From the NCBI RefSeq assembly GCF_006345805.1, contig NC_043004.1, forward strand, positions 73,718,001 to 73,782,000: DNA of 64,000 nucleotides, in the 5' to 3' direction. Source of the stretch: Octopus sinensis. Its lineage: Eukaryota. The position numbers and the translations under genes were made by a program. The notes beneath the pieces were generated by a model, which worked only from the letters and a program-made list of their open reading frames with translations, did no database searches and had not been told where the DNA came from. Shown here piece after piece: positions 1 to 15,326 of the stretch; the stretch's first letter is position 1, and each line of letters starts with the position of its first letter.

Positions 1-1760
1 TATATGACTTCCACATTTGAGTGGTTGAGCAGTCGTTTCAGCACCAGTCATAGTGTTGTAGGAGCTGAGTTAAGCAGCTTCTTCCTGGTCGGAAACCATG
101 TTGAGTGTCAGGTAGCAAGTCATTTTCCTCAAGGAAGGTGATTAGTTTCCTTGCTGATGTGTGAGGTCAGAGAGATAGGTCTGTAGTTCTTGGCCTCCGC
201 TCTGCTACCTCCTTTATGAATAGGGCATATTTTACCTTCCTTCAGTTTTCTTGGAAGTTTGCCAGTTGCAAGGAAGCTCTGAAAGAGGAACTGCAGTGGT
301 CTTGCTAGGACTCGCTTACATACTTTTTGAAGGATTGCTGGGAATCCATCGGGGCCAGTAGCTAAATTTGTTTTCATTTCATCTATAGCCTTTATTACAT
401 CGTCTTCCTTATATTGATGTAATCAATCATCGCTGCCTCTGATTTTATATCTGCAGTGGATTGCTGACTTGAAAATGCCCTAGGGGTGGAGTGAAAATAC
501 TCTTGAATTGCTCATTTAGTATTTCACTTATCCTCATTGGATTTCCGTAGCTGTTTCTTTGGCATACCTGTAGAAAGCTCTGGGGTTAGATTTTATGTTG
601 TCTATAGCCCAGGCTTCTTTGTCTGCTCTTTCTTTTCATGGGAGAGTTGCAGACATTTTTCAATTTCCAACAGTTTTATTTTCAGGCGGGACTTTTCACT
701 GCTTTCAATTTGTTTGTTTAGGCGATTTGAAACTTTTGTACGCCGTCTCATTAGAATTTTCCTCTCTCTGGGGATTTCGTTCATGCGTACAGTGGCCTTT
801 CTGGGACACATTTGTAGCATATGGCTTGCATTACAGACATGAATTGTTGAAGTTTCATGTCGATGTCTGGTGAGGAGAGACATTCAGGCCAGTTTTGTTT
901 GAGGATCTCTTTCTCAATTTGTTTCCAGTTTGCTTTATGGAAGTTCAAGCTGGAAAGATTCTAAGAGTCTCTTGTAGGCTGCATGTCCGTGCTTTCCTTT
1001 GGCGCGTACATGGTCAGCTCTACCATGTTGTGATCCGAGAGTAGTGTCGGTGTCACTTTCACATTATGGATGAGATCCATATTATTTGTGAAGCAGAGAT
1101 CCTGTATGTTACCTGCCCTGGTTGGTTGGAGTATTACTTGCTCCATGTACAGAGTGTTGATGAGGTTCAGGAGGGACCTCGCCTGTCCTCGTTCACATCT
1201 TGTCATTCCTGGGAGAGAAAGGCCCTCGGGCCATCTGACATTCGGTAGATTGAAGTCTCCCATAAGAAGTACACTTATGTGTTGTTCTAATGTGACTAGA
1301 ACTTCTATTTTTATAAGGCAGTCTTCAAACTAGCCTACATGGCTTGGGGCATCTGGAGGGCGATATGTAGCACATATAACTACACCAAGTTGCCTTATAT
1401 GTACAATTAGTGTGTCACACACCGAATTTGAGCATGACAAAAGGACCTGGGGTGTGAGGCCCTCGCGGATGTACATAGCAACTCATCTATGACTCCTTTC
1501 TTTTCTGTCGGTCCGTAGTACAACATACTGTGGTATGTGTATTTCCGCATCTGCTATGTCCGGTTTCAGGTGTGTTTCCGTAAGTGCTATGCATAAGGCT
1601 TGATTACATGCAACAAAGTCTCTCAAGAACGGGATTTTTGTCCTGTTACTGAGTGTTAGCAGTCCTCTGATGTTCAGCAGGAGCATCGAGGTGATGTATA
1701 TGCTGTTGCTGGTGGTGTCCACCTTGGGTCTATTTGCTGTGGCGGTCTTGTGTATTGCGG
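1..1760 (-). pseudogene. CR1-group LINE ORF2 (APE endonuclease plus N-terminal RT), disrupted; continues beyond the window start
   Basis: Minus-strand translation gives APE motifs (LLLNIRGL, IALTETHL, YRPP, MGDFNLP, PTRAGNIQDLCFTN, LSDHNMV) and RT motifs (ATGPDG, NYRPISLTSHISK, QHGFRPGRSCLTQLL). In-frame stops near 1483, 1331 and 961, plus frameshifts. Confidence 0.93.
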
Positions 1761-1789
1761 ATAGTCCCATCTGCGAGTTTGAGTTTGAT

Positions 1790-2660
1790 GGAGCCAGGTT
1801 AGCTGCTGTACAATCTTTTGTGCCATGCACAAAAAGATTCTTGTTCAGCAGCTGCCCTTTCAATAACATGTTGGCGGTTTGTAGCACGCACCACATCTGC
1901 GTACCTCCGTTTTGGGGCAGGTCGTGCGTGGTCCATTCCTTTTCCTTTTGGTAGTTGGTTTCTGACCTGTTTCATGTTTATGTGGCAGGGTCTTTGATGT
2001 GCAAAACGGCAGCCTGCACCTTCCTCTCCATGCCAGCAGACACCTTTCAGGTATAATTTACACATTCGTGTGCGCTGTCTCTTTCTATCCCTTTTGGTAC
2101 ATGGATAGTCAGGTTTGCATCTATCCTTGGCTGTTTCATCTTTTGGTTTTGTTTGAGTTTTAGATTTTCCTTCTTTGGCTGTTTCATCATTTGTTTTTCT
2201 TTTAGTTTTTCCTCCTTTTACTTCTTTTTTGGCTCTTTTATCTCCATGGTTTTGGCTTTTGGTGCTGGTAGGAGCACTTGCACTTGGTTTACTTCCCGGC
2301 AGGTTTCTCACTTGAATCTTCTTTGTTGTTGTCCTGGGTGTCTACCAAGTGGGGGTGACATCTTTCATCAGCACCCGTGCCTCCATCCTTGCCATCTTTA
2401 CTTTGTTCGTTGTCAAAGATGGCATCAAGCGTGCCAATGTGAGATCTTATGAGTGCATAGGAACGTATAAACTCCTGCTTCTTTCGCTCTATCTGTGCTA
2501 TCGTCCTTGTATATTCACTGCTCTTCAGCGCAGCTGTAATTATGTTGTTCAGATTATCTCCGTCGGCGCATCACCAGGCTTTCTGGAACAACGCCAATTC
2601 GTTACTTCTCCAGGTTCTGGATATTTTGGATATTTTATTTATTTATCTATCTAATTATAT
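1790..2660 (-). pseudogene. LINE ORF1 remnant with CCCH zinc finger
   Basis: Lies directly upstream of ORF2. Lys-rich linker followed by CKLYLKGVCWHGEEGAGCRFAH (C-x7-C-x8-C-x3-H, 1997-2062). Confidence 0.7.
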
Positions 2661-2679
2661 TTAAAATTTAATAGTGCGA

Positions 2680-3310
2680 TAGAGGGTAGAGAAGAAATAG
2701 AGAAAGAAAGTGTCTATGTATTTAGAGAGATTGAGAGCTGAGAGAAGATAAGAAGAGAGTAAGAGAAGAAAGTTCGCGTCTATATATTTAGAAAAATTGA
2801 GAGGCTGAGAGAGGAAAGATGGTGTGACAGAGAGAAGTGGAGAAGTGAAGAGATAGAGAGAGAAAGAAATGAAAGAGAGGAGGTTATGCAAAAGATTGAG
2901 CGGCTGAGAGAAGATAAGAAGAGAGTGAGAGAGAGTCTATATATTTAGGAAGATTGAGAGGCTGAGAGAAGAAAGATGGTGTGATAGAGAAAGAGATGAA
3001 AGAGAGGAAGTGATGCAAAAGATTGAGCGGCTGAGAGAAGACAAGAAGAAAGTGAGAGTGTATAAATTTAAGAAGATTGAGCGGCTGAGAGAAGAAAGAT
3101 GGTGTGATAGAGAGAAGTGAAGAGACAGAGAGAGAAAGAAAAGAAAGAGAGGAGGTTACGAAGCTGAAACAGAAATTGAAAGACTATTAACAGAATGTAA
3201 ATTATAAATATATACCTGTCCGTAGCTACAAACGTTTTCTTCTAAACTAATTGCGACTACACTTCTAATGTTCGCGTCTATATATTTAGGGAGATTGAGG
3301 GGCTGAGTAA
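2680..3310 (-). repeat. GA-rich tandem monomers, probable LINE 5' UTR
   Basis: Recurring units gtctatatatttag...gattgag(c/a)ggctgagag at about 2710, 2775, 2935, 3055 and 3272, immediately 5' of ORF1. Confidence 0.55.
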
Positions 3311-3343
3311 ATATATAAATATATATATATATTATTATTATAT

Positions 3344-3374
<31 letters not shown>

Positions 3375-3771
3375 TATATTATTATTATTATTATTATATA
3401 TATATATATTATATTATTATTATTATATTATTAATATTAATAGTAATTTTTATTGACTTTTATAGCTTTATAATTTTATGAACTGAACCATGGTTTTAAT
3501 TATTATTTTTCATCTCCCTATGTGTTAGTTTTTTAAAACTATTAGCCAAATATGTATAATAACTGTGCTTATTAATATTAATATATACACTGATATATAT
3601 TTTGTTTTATTTTGTTTTGTTTACCTTGCATTATTGTACCAATGAGTATTATATTATATAAGCGTAGCATTATGAAATTTATGCATAAGTTTTTATATTT
3701 TACATTTTTATATTTTTATATTTATATGTATATGAAAAAATAATTTTTTTCACAATTATAACAAATTTAAT

Positions 3772-3881
3772 TCTCTGAAGAGGCCGTGGGGCATCCTTGT
3801 TAATGCCTCATTTATACCTGCCTTTATGGCTTATAGGTTAAATGAGGTATGACTGCCCTCGCTGCCGAAACAGCTGTCAGA
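3772..3881 (+). ncRNA. Type I hammerhead ribozyme with extended stem II, within a pLTR-like AT-rich element (~3460-4075)
   Basis: tct-CTGAAGA-GGC...GCC-GAAA-CAGCT-GTC-aga. Intact core, palindromic stem III (ACAGCTGT), GUC cleavage triplet, short stem I tct/aga. Confidence 0.8.
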
Positions 3882-4075
3882 TTTGATTTAATTACATATT
3901 ATATTTGAAATTTTATACTTATATCTCTTTGTCTATTTACATTTACTGTACATTACTGTATATTTTGTATAATGCCTTTACTGATATGTAATGGTGTAAT
4001 AAAGTATTGATTGGGTATCATCTGATAGTTGATGTTTTATTGATTTAAGTATGTTTCTCCATTTTCTAATTTTGT

Positions 4076-4111
<36 letters not shown>

Positions 4112-4777
4112 ATATATAATATATATATATAAATATAAATAAAGCAACAAATAAATATATGCCCATCTCAAATTGAATAATTTTAAAGCGATGTATTGAG
4201 AAACGGAGCTGAAGCAGAGATCGAAAGATTATAAACAGAATGTAAACAGAGAATAGGTCCTTACATTGAATTACGGGAAATTAAACAAATGAAAAGGAGT
4301 ACTTATCTTATAAGAGGTAGAAGTCCCAAAATCGTCTCCCTATACAAAGAAGTTTTCTTTCAAAAAAAGAAAAGAAAAACGGGTCTTTTTGCTTGGGAAT
4401 AAACTTAAGAGATGTCACCACGTGCTTTCCTTTCGACAGGAAATCTGGCGTGCGTAATTATCTTTAGTGTATTATATTGGCTTGAAGCGAAATATATTAC
4501 GGTTTTTAACTAATATATCCTAGTAGATCGCTATGAGATAGCAAGTTCTACATTTTTTATCAGTTTTAGCAGATTATTTCGTCGATTTATGCAAACCTTT
4601 TTGTTTTTATCATGGAGCAAAGCAAACACGTCTTTCCCCTTGCAGAACACTTAAGAAGTGCTTTAACAAAATTATGTTTCGTCGGTAGTTATGTAATTCT
4701 GATGGTAATTTACGAAACACGTAAATGTTTTTAGCAGCGTTGAATACACATCTGTTTTTCTGTAAATTATTGATACA

Positions 4778-4850
<73 letters not shown>

Positions 4851-4851
<1 letters not shown>

Positions 4852-5433
4852 GGCGGCGAGCTGGCAGAAACGTTAGCACGCCGGGCGAAATACGTAGCCG
4901 TATTTCGTCTGCCGTTACGTTCTGAGTTCAAATTCCGCCGAGGTTGACTTTACCTTTCGTTCTTTCGGAGTCGATAAATTAAGTACCAGTTACGCACTGG
5001 GGTCGATGTAATCGACTTAATCCGTTTGTCTGTCCTTGTTTGTCCTCTCTATGTTTAGCCCCTTGTGGGTAGTGAAGAAATAGGTATTTCGTCTGCCGCT
5101 ACGTTTTAAGTTCAAATTCCGCCGATGTCGACTTTGCCTTTCATCCTTTCGGGATCGATTAAATAGGTCCCAGTTACACACTGGGATCGATATAATCGAC
5201 TTAATCCGTTTGTCTGCCCTTGTTTGTCCTCTCAGTGTTTAGTTCCTTGTGGATAGTAAAAAAGTAGCTATTTCGTCTGCCGCTACGTTCTGAGTTCAAA
5301 TTCCGCAGAGGTCGACTTTGCCTTTCATCCTTTCGAGGTCGATAAATTAAGTACCAGTTGCGTACTGGTGTCATTTTAATCGGCTGGCCCCCTCCCTCAA
5401 AATTCGGGTTTTGTGCCTAGAGTAGAAAAGAAT
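4851..5433 (+). mobile_element. tRNA-derived SINE family A (Meta-domain-like), three tandem units
   Basis: A-box-like gagctggcagaaacgttagc, B-box-like gagttcaaattcc, then cctttcatcctttcggggtcgataaattaagtaccag. Body repeated three times. Confidence 0.85.
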
Positions 5434-8400
5434 AAAGGGGTACTTAAAATTATTTAAAAGGTCCCGTCCCAATATAGTCCCATACCTACTCTACTCGTTC
5501 TCGATTTATGTGATTTTCTGACTTTCGATGTGAACGAGTTTATGTGTGTATGTGCGCGAGCGCGTGTATCTGTACTGTTTGAGTTCTAATATGTTTGCGT
5601 TGTTTATCCGTATTTCAGTTTATTAGTTCGTTATTTCACTTGTGAATATATCACCACGACACATTGCTCTACGTACGCAGGATTATTATTGTACGATCAG
5701 TAAGTGCGTGTGGGAGCAAACAGTGAGTAGTTTCAGTAGCATGTTAGATAGCATTACAAATACAAATATCTTAAAGAAATGTTAGCTCAAACTTGGAAAA
5801 TACTTTAACGCTGAAATAGACAGGTTTGAGTTTTATGACTATATCTTGTATCTTTCAATACTTCTGCAAAGTCAGCTAAACATTCAGAATCTGAAGACTT
5901 GAAAATTCTTAAGTAGGTTTTCAATACGAGGATGAAAATGTTCTTCCAAATTTGAAATTAACTTTTCAGATAATGCTTTCCAAAGCAATTCTAGTTGCTA
6001 GCTCATTGCGATCTTTTCACAAGTGACATTGATTTAATGATATCTGAGAGCTGGTCGACTTTAGCCTTTCATAGTATTCGACGTCAGATAGCACAATTTT
6101 ATTCACGTTATTGATGCGAAAGTAAACATTGGCGAAAGTAAACATACAGTTTTCAATTGGAGTTTAAAATTATTCCTAAAAACAAAACAAAAAAAATACA
6201 AGAAATTTCGTGAAAACAATATAACTGTCTCATAATTAGAATGATCTTATTTGTATAAATTTTGGTTTAGCTTTGTATTGTATTTTCCTTGGAAATATGT
6301 TTGATATTTGTCTTGAGAAAAGATTGTTTTCTTATATGTAATTCATATTGTTTTATTTGTCAGAAAATAAACTTTTAAAAGTATATTACAAATAGTATTC
6401 CGAATTTATGCCACAAGAGAAATTTGCGAGAATTGTAAAGAACTGGCTTTATGGGCACCAAGTATTGATTTGTCTGAGGTGCAATGAAGTCTAGTTAAAT
6501 CACTGACTGAGTATATCCATGTTTATTTAGGATATCGACGTGCTGTGCGTGAGTGTGAGTGAGTGGAGTGTTACAATTGCTCTCTTGCTTTCCCTTCGCC
6601 AACTCTCTTGCTTTCCCTTTCCCTCTATATCACTCTTCGTTCCCTCGCCTTCTCTCCTCACTCTCCTTTTCTTTTATTTTCTTCATTTCTTCGCCGCCTC
6701 ACCCTCACTCTAGCCCTCCTCTTTCTTTCTTTACTTTTCTTTACACATTTTACATTTTAAACAAGTGGAACGTTAGAAGTTTCTCGAAAAAAAAAACCAA
6801 CTTGATATTTCATTTTAACATTGACGAAGGCGTAGGGCGTGATGAAGGGGCATGGGGAAGAGACGGAGGATAAAGGAAGATCAAAAAGTGGTGGCGGTAG
6901 CGGTGGCGGTAGCGGTGGCGGTAGCGGTGGCGGTGGTGGTGGTGGTTGTGGTGGTGGCAGTGGCAGTTGCTTTTCTGTCTTTTTCAATACCAACCAAACA
7001 ACATCATTTGTTATAGGAGATTGTCAATAAAAAGTTCGGTGGAGGTGTTGGTGTGGTGTGATGTGGTATGGTGTGGTGGAGGTGGTGGTGGTGGTGGTGG
7101 TGGTGGTGTGTGTGTGTGTGTGTGTGTGGTGTGGCGAAAATGTAGTTTATCGTTATGTTCCAAAGTGTGAAGTGTGGTAACGTTGGCATTAATGTAGGAA
7201 GTTGTGCTCTGGCTCTACCACCGTATTGTTATGAGGTGCCAAGTGTGTTGTACGCCTATATGTGTGGAATTTATTGTATGGAGAGATGTGGCATAGTATA
7301 GCGTGGTAACTTGTAGTATTGTGTGTTTGGAGTGTCCTATGTGTGGTGTTTCTGGTGAACTGTGTTGTGATACTGTGTGTCATAACATTAGGAGTCTTGG
7401 GGGTAGTGCTTTTGGTATAATATGATTTCTTGTTTGTGAAGTTGTCCGTGGTAGTGTTGCGTGTATCGTGAGTGGTATTTGTCTTGCGGCGTGATGTGTG
7501 TGTGTTGTCGTGTGTGGTGTATGGTGTGTTGTGATACGGCCTCATTTGTGTGCATACAGCTGCTCACTTGTGATAAAGAGTTCAATCAGTTCCAGGCTTC
7601 GTACACATTACTCTGTAAGGAGCATAGACCTGATATAGGATCCTATACCCATGGCTATAGAGGTGAAAATTATAACTGATTAGCAAAATATGTTACATCT
7701 TGGTCAGAAAGGTAACTACTAGTTTCGAAATCAAAAACATAGGATATATTTTCGGCTTTCGTCAGGCTACATATTCATATCCGATCAGAAGTTTTTCTAG
7801 AATAACCTTTACTCCTATCCACACTCTCTTCAAACATGCACACAGGAGACAGAAAATATTTTGGCTAAAAGATTTTTTTTTTTGACAACGAATAAGGGAG
7901 AAGAAAAGTACTTAAAAATATGAAAATATAAAAGCTATGTTGAGCTAAATGTTTGTTGAAGACAAAGTTCCTTAACAAAAGATTAAATCCTTTTTGGATC
8001 ATAAAGGGCCCATGAGGAGGTGTTCAGCATCTAAGAATGAATTTTTTCTCATGTATGCAGAGGCCAAATATCTCCGCATTAGCATGGCGGTATAAACTTG
8101 GTTTTCACAACTATTTTTGAATTCTGCTCTTTTCTACACTATAGATCCTACTTCCCTTTGCCTAATTTATGCATGGCATTTTTTTCCTTTTTTTGTTAAA
8201 TTTATTTTTTGTGTTTTTTTTCTGTTGTGTGAACTTCAAGCTTATGTCAAACGCAGTGCCATTTACTTTTAAATATCGGATGCAGCTTGCTAGCTTTGTA
8301 TTATTCTGTTTCTGCTAACCTTGTGTCAAAGTTTGAAATCAATATTTCATCAGAAAAGTTAGTTTATGCATATAATTTGGCTAATGTTAGAGGTGCAACT

Positions 8401-9003
8401 ATAAATGATTTTTACTACATATCTATTGAACAACAGTCTGAATTTGATTTGCGTTTCTGTTTATTAAACAGAACATTTTAACCCAGATTAGACCTACAGT
8501 TAAGTCAGAGAGGGATCATAAGCAAAATTACCTTCTTGCGTCTTGCACTTCAGCGGTGCTCTGATTGGGATCATAGGTGCTATTATCTTTGAAACGACTG
8601 ACGTTATTCTAGAAAAGTGCTGCCCTATCAAAAATCTCTGTACCTTTCGCAAAGTTTTTAAACACTAGGGGTGGGCCACAGGTTCCTAATTTAGCATACG
8701 TAAACATCAAATTTTGTTTCCTAAAAGCTTTAAAGAAGCAGTACTAAAGCATACAGTGGCATCTATAAGGTTTACTGTTCTAAGGTTGTGTCTATCGTCA
8801 TTTTCCTGCTGTGGAATCAGAAAGTCTCCTTAACCTTCCTGACGTGTGCACATGTGTTTGTTGGAAATGGCTATAGTGTGCTCCTATTCAGCGCATGCTC
8901 AGTGGAGATGAAACTTCTTTTTAAAACATCAATCTCAATGGACTATTCACCTTTGTTGTTTTAACATCATGTAATATATTTTCTGAAACATATGTGTACA
9001 TAT

Positions 9004-9043
<40 letters not shown>

Positions 9044-9051
9044 TGTGTGTG

Positions 9052-9106
<55 letters not shown>

Positions 9107-9584
9107 TTGATTTGTTTACATATTTCTCGATAAATTTGAGCGCTAGACGATATACCAGAAATCCCTAGTTTTGTCGGGACGTTCGGAGTCTGCGCATGAT
9201 CTGATTAGTTAGAGAGAGAAATCATAGAAGCACATGCTTCTAGTGAGTTAGGATCTCAGAACAACAGGGCTCTTACTGATGAATTCTCCCTGAGCAAATA
9301 AATTATCTTTATTGCTGAAAAGAAAGAAACTGCAGTCTGAGAGTAACAGAGTTAGTAAATGTTTTTATCTTCATTTCACTAAATATCTAGCTTCTGTGTC
9401 CTAGCACATATTTCGCCTTAATGTTGATATATGGAAAATATATGGCTTGTGTTAGAAATACAGCGATTATAATTATTTTTATTTTATCGCAATTGATTTG
9501 TTTATTAATATATATATATTATATATAAAATTATATATATATAGAGAGAGAGGGAGAGAGAGAGAAAGAGAGAGAGAGAGAGAA

Positions 9585-9890
9585 GGCGCGCGTGGCAATC
9601 GGCTACGATCGTAAGGTCGCAAGTTCAATTCCCGGCAACGCGTTGCGTCCTTGAGCAAGACACTTTATTTCACGTTGCTCCGTCCACACAAGTGGCAAAA
9701 ATGAGTAGTACCTGTATTTTAAAAAGGCCAGCCTTGTCACACTCTGTGTTACGGGAATGTCCCTAAGAACTACGTTAAGGGTATAAGTGTCTGTGGATGC
9801 TCAGTCACTTGCACGTTAGTTCACGAGCAAACTGTCCCATTGATCGTATCAGCTGGGATCCTCGTCGTCGCAACCGACGGAGTGCTCCTT
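9585..9890 (+). mobile_element. tRNA-derived SINE family C
   Basis: B box gttcaattccc, CORE-like ccttgagcaagacact, and a tail shared with the family D copy at 60.7 kb. A related head is at about 22397-22460. Confidence 0.75.
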
Positions 9891-9905
9891 TTATATTATA
9901 TATAA

Positions 9906-10109
9906 AGACGGTGAGCTGGCAGAAACGTTAGCACACCGGGCGAAGCTTAGCAGTATTTCGTCTGTCTTTACGTTCTGAGTTGAAATACCGCCGAGGTCGA
10001 CTTTGCCTTTCATCGATGAATTAAGTACCAGTTGCCTACTGGGGTCGATCTAATCGATGGCCCCCCCTACCCAAATATTTCGGGTCTTGTGCCTGGAGTA
10101 GAAAAGAAT
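9906..10109 (+). mobile_element. SINE family A copy
   Basis: Same head and body as the copy at 4851. Confidence 0.85.
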
Positions 10110-10862
10110 ATATATATATATATATAATAATAAAAAAAAAACAACAACGCGAGGAGGCGGGTACATACGAAATATTAATAAGACGCTCAGAGAAGGAAAG
10201 AAAGATTGTTTTACGTTTCGAGCAAAGCTCTTCTTCAGAAGCAGGTGACAGAGAGAAATCAAAGAGAAAAGGAAAACGGATATGAAAAATATCGCCAATA
10301 AATCTACATGCATATACACACGCAATTGTGATTGTAAGTGCTTGTCTTCGCGTGTGTGTGCGCAGCGCACATGCGTGCCGGACAGTATGTGTGCATGGGT
10401 GCATACCTCTGGGTACGCGTACGTGCATAATTTTTATACGTGCAAGAATTTGTAAACAATGTTATTTTTGAGCATATGATCATGTATATGCTTATATATG
10501 CATGTATGTGTCTAAATCAACGTGCGCGTATGTATACGCAACACACACATGCACACACACACATAAATGAATGCAAATGTTACTTCATTTATTAGGTTAC
10601 CAGTAAGCCGAGGTTAACAGTGCACAATGTGGCAAGGGTTACGTAATATACCCCTCCCATATACGATTCTCTTTACAATAAATACAAATTACTTATGTAA
10701 ACGTTCGCCGGTCTTTATTCAGACGTGATACTTCTTGGTTAGATTTAATGTTATTTGATGGTTTGGTCTGTAAACAAACAGTCAGCTAGACAGAGACTGG
10801 GGGGGAGGGCAGGATAGAAACGCATACACTGCCATAGAGAAGATATACACATAGGTAAGTAA

Positions 10863-13190
<2,328 letters not shown>

Positions 13191-13425
13191 ATGTGTGTGT
13201 GTATTCTGTACAGACTTCCGGTGTGAGGAGTTCACCCTGCTCATTTCCTCCAGCTATAAGTTGCCACCTGGGTACACTCTGTTGCACCTTTTTTTTTTCT
13301 TTTCTCTTAAGACAAGAGGCGATGGTTATTAACGGGTAGATTAAGACAAGTAGCTTGATTATTGTTTATCTTCGACCAATCCTCCATTGCCGGAGCTATA
13401 AAGCATATAATATATTGGGATAAAA

Positions 13426-13645
13426 AGGCGGTAAGCTGGCAGAGTGGTTAGCACGCCGGGCGAAATGCTGATCGGTATTTCGTCTGTCTTTACGTTCTGA
13501 GTTCAAATTCCGCCGAGGTCGACTTTGCCTAACATCCTTTCGGGGGTCGACAAAATAAGAACCAGTTGCGTACTGGGGTCGATCCAATCAACTGGCCCAC
13601 ACCTCCCCAAAAAATTCGGGGCCTTGTGCTTAGAGTAGAAAAGAA
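13426..13645 (+). mobile_element. SINE family A copy
   Basis: Full head, body and tail (agtagaaaagaat). Confidence 0.85.
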
Positions 13646-14910
13646 TATATTGGGATAAAGAACCACAGCAGCACCACCACCGCCGCCATCACCACGACTG
13701 CAACAACAACAACAATAACAACCAATACCATTGTCACTATCACCACTGCCAGCACCGCCGTTACGATATCTAATATCAATACCATCAACGCCACCATGAA
13801 CGGTAATATCATCGCCAACACCGCCATCACTTACACCGTTCATAGCACCAGCACCACGACCACCACGACCACCACTACCTTTATCAACCCTATGAAACAC
13901 AATATTACACTGAGCCCTACAGAATTTATTAATTCACAGCAAGCCACAGGATACACAGATTAGAACTGGAGTCCTAGAGTTGAGGGGCCCCTGGACAACT
14001 GGCTACTGTGCCCATGTCTTAAGACGGAGCTGAGTTAGCTTTGGTGTTAAAAATCTCGGTGTCGGAATTGCCATAATGGCTTGGATATTAGAGATAAGGT
14101 TAGATTTGGCGTTGGAACTGGATTGGAATTGTAGCTGTCACAAAGGTTAGAACTATTGATCTTGCAATGCGCTTATATTAAATTTCATACTACAAAATTG
14201 TGATTAGAATTGGAGTTAAGCCGGAATTTGGCAAAAATTACACTTTTAGAGTAAAGTAAAACAAGAAAAATTTTGAAATGCGACCTGAAAGTTCAAACTG
14301 TCATAGCTAATAAATTCCAGGCTTTGTTCTATAATCTTTCGATAATCTTTGAAATATCAAAAGATTTTTAACAAAAATTTGATTCAAGTATTTTATCTTT
14401 GTAAACATTTTATTAGCTCGAATAGCTCACTTAATTTCATCAAATAACGTCTCTATTCTTACTCATGGCCGCAACAGCAGGGACCCCATCTACTTTCCTC
14501 TTTGTAGGTTAAAAGATTTGTTTCGCTAATTCTTAGTTAGTTAGTTAGTTAATTTGGCTCAAAAGCAAATAGCAAGGCCATGTAGGGGGACATGGAGTTA
14601 AGTACAGGGTGGTGTTCATGTAAAGAGTTCAGGCCACGTGGTGTATCGGGCTTAGATCAAATTAAATGATGGTTCCATGCAAAACGCCAGTATTGGATCG
14701 GTGGCCCACGGTTACAAAATGTAATTCTATTTTCACATTCATTTCTTAATCCTGACAGGAAGCAATCAACAAGCAAACTATCAGAGTCTGTCAATTTGTG
14801 ATACTCTACTTAACTATATTGAGTATTCCTTCCATTAAAGTTTGATTGACTTCATATATAAATCTACATAAACACACGCAGGAACATACAATCACACACA
14901 CGTACACACA

Positions 14911-14952
<42 letters not shown>

Positions 14953-14958
14953 CACACA

Positions 14959-15326
14959 TTACTCTTTTACTCTCTTACTTGTTTCAGGTCATTTAACCGC
15001 GGCCATGCTGGAGTACAACCTTAAAGGGATTTTAGTCGAAGAAATCGGCCCCAGCAATTAGTCTTTGTAAGCCTAGTATTTATTCTATCCAATGCTAAAT
15101 CATAGGAACGTAAATACACCAACATCAGTTGTCAAGCAGTGGTGGGAAAGAAAAAGAGAGACACACACATATATATACGACGGGATTCCTTCAGTTTCCA
15201 TCTACCAAATTCACTCACAAGGCTGTAGTCAGCCCGAGGCTATAAAAGAAGATGCATGCCCAAGATGCCACGCAGAGGGACTGAACCCGGAATCTTGTGA
15301 TTGAAAAGAAAAGCTTCTTACCACAC
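14959..15326 (-). mobile_element. Bipartite tRNA SINE family B
   Basis: Reverse complement of tgtggtaagaagctt...gggttcagtccc...cttgggca, then an internal microsatellite, then the ggtgctccagcatggccgc tail. Confidence 0.8.

Noticed and set aside
4851-5433. Regularly spaced repeats superficially like a CRISPR array
   Set aside because: Units are ~185 bp SINE bodies without unique spacers. The context is eukaryotic and there are no cas genes.
6757-7030. Gly-rich and Pro-rich ORFs over (GGCGGTAGC)n/(GGT)n
   Set aside because: Low complexity, with no recognisable domain or convincing splice context.
8995-9105. Single-base phase shifts within (TA)n tracts throughout the window
   Set aside because: More likely long-read indel errors than biology. 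This also means isolated frameshifts in young elements should be treated cautiously.
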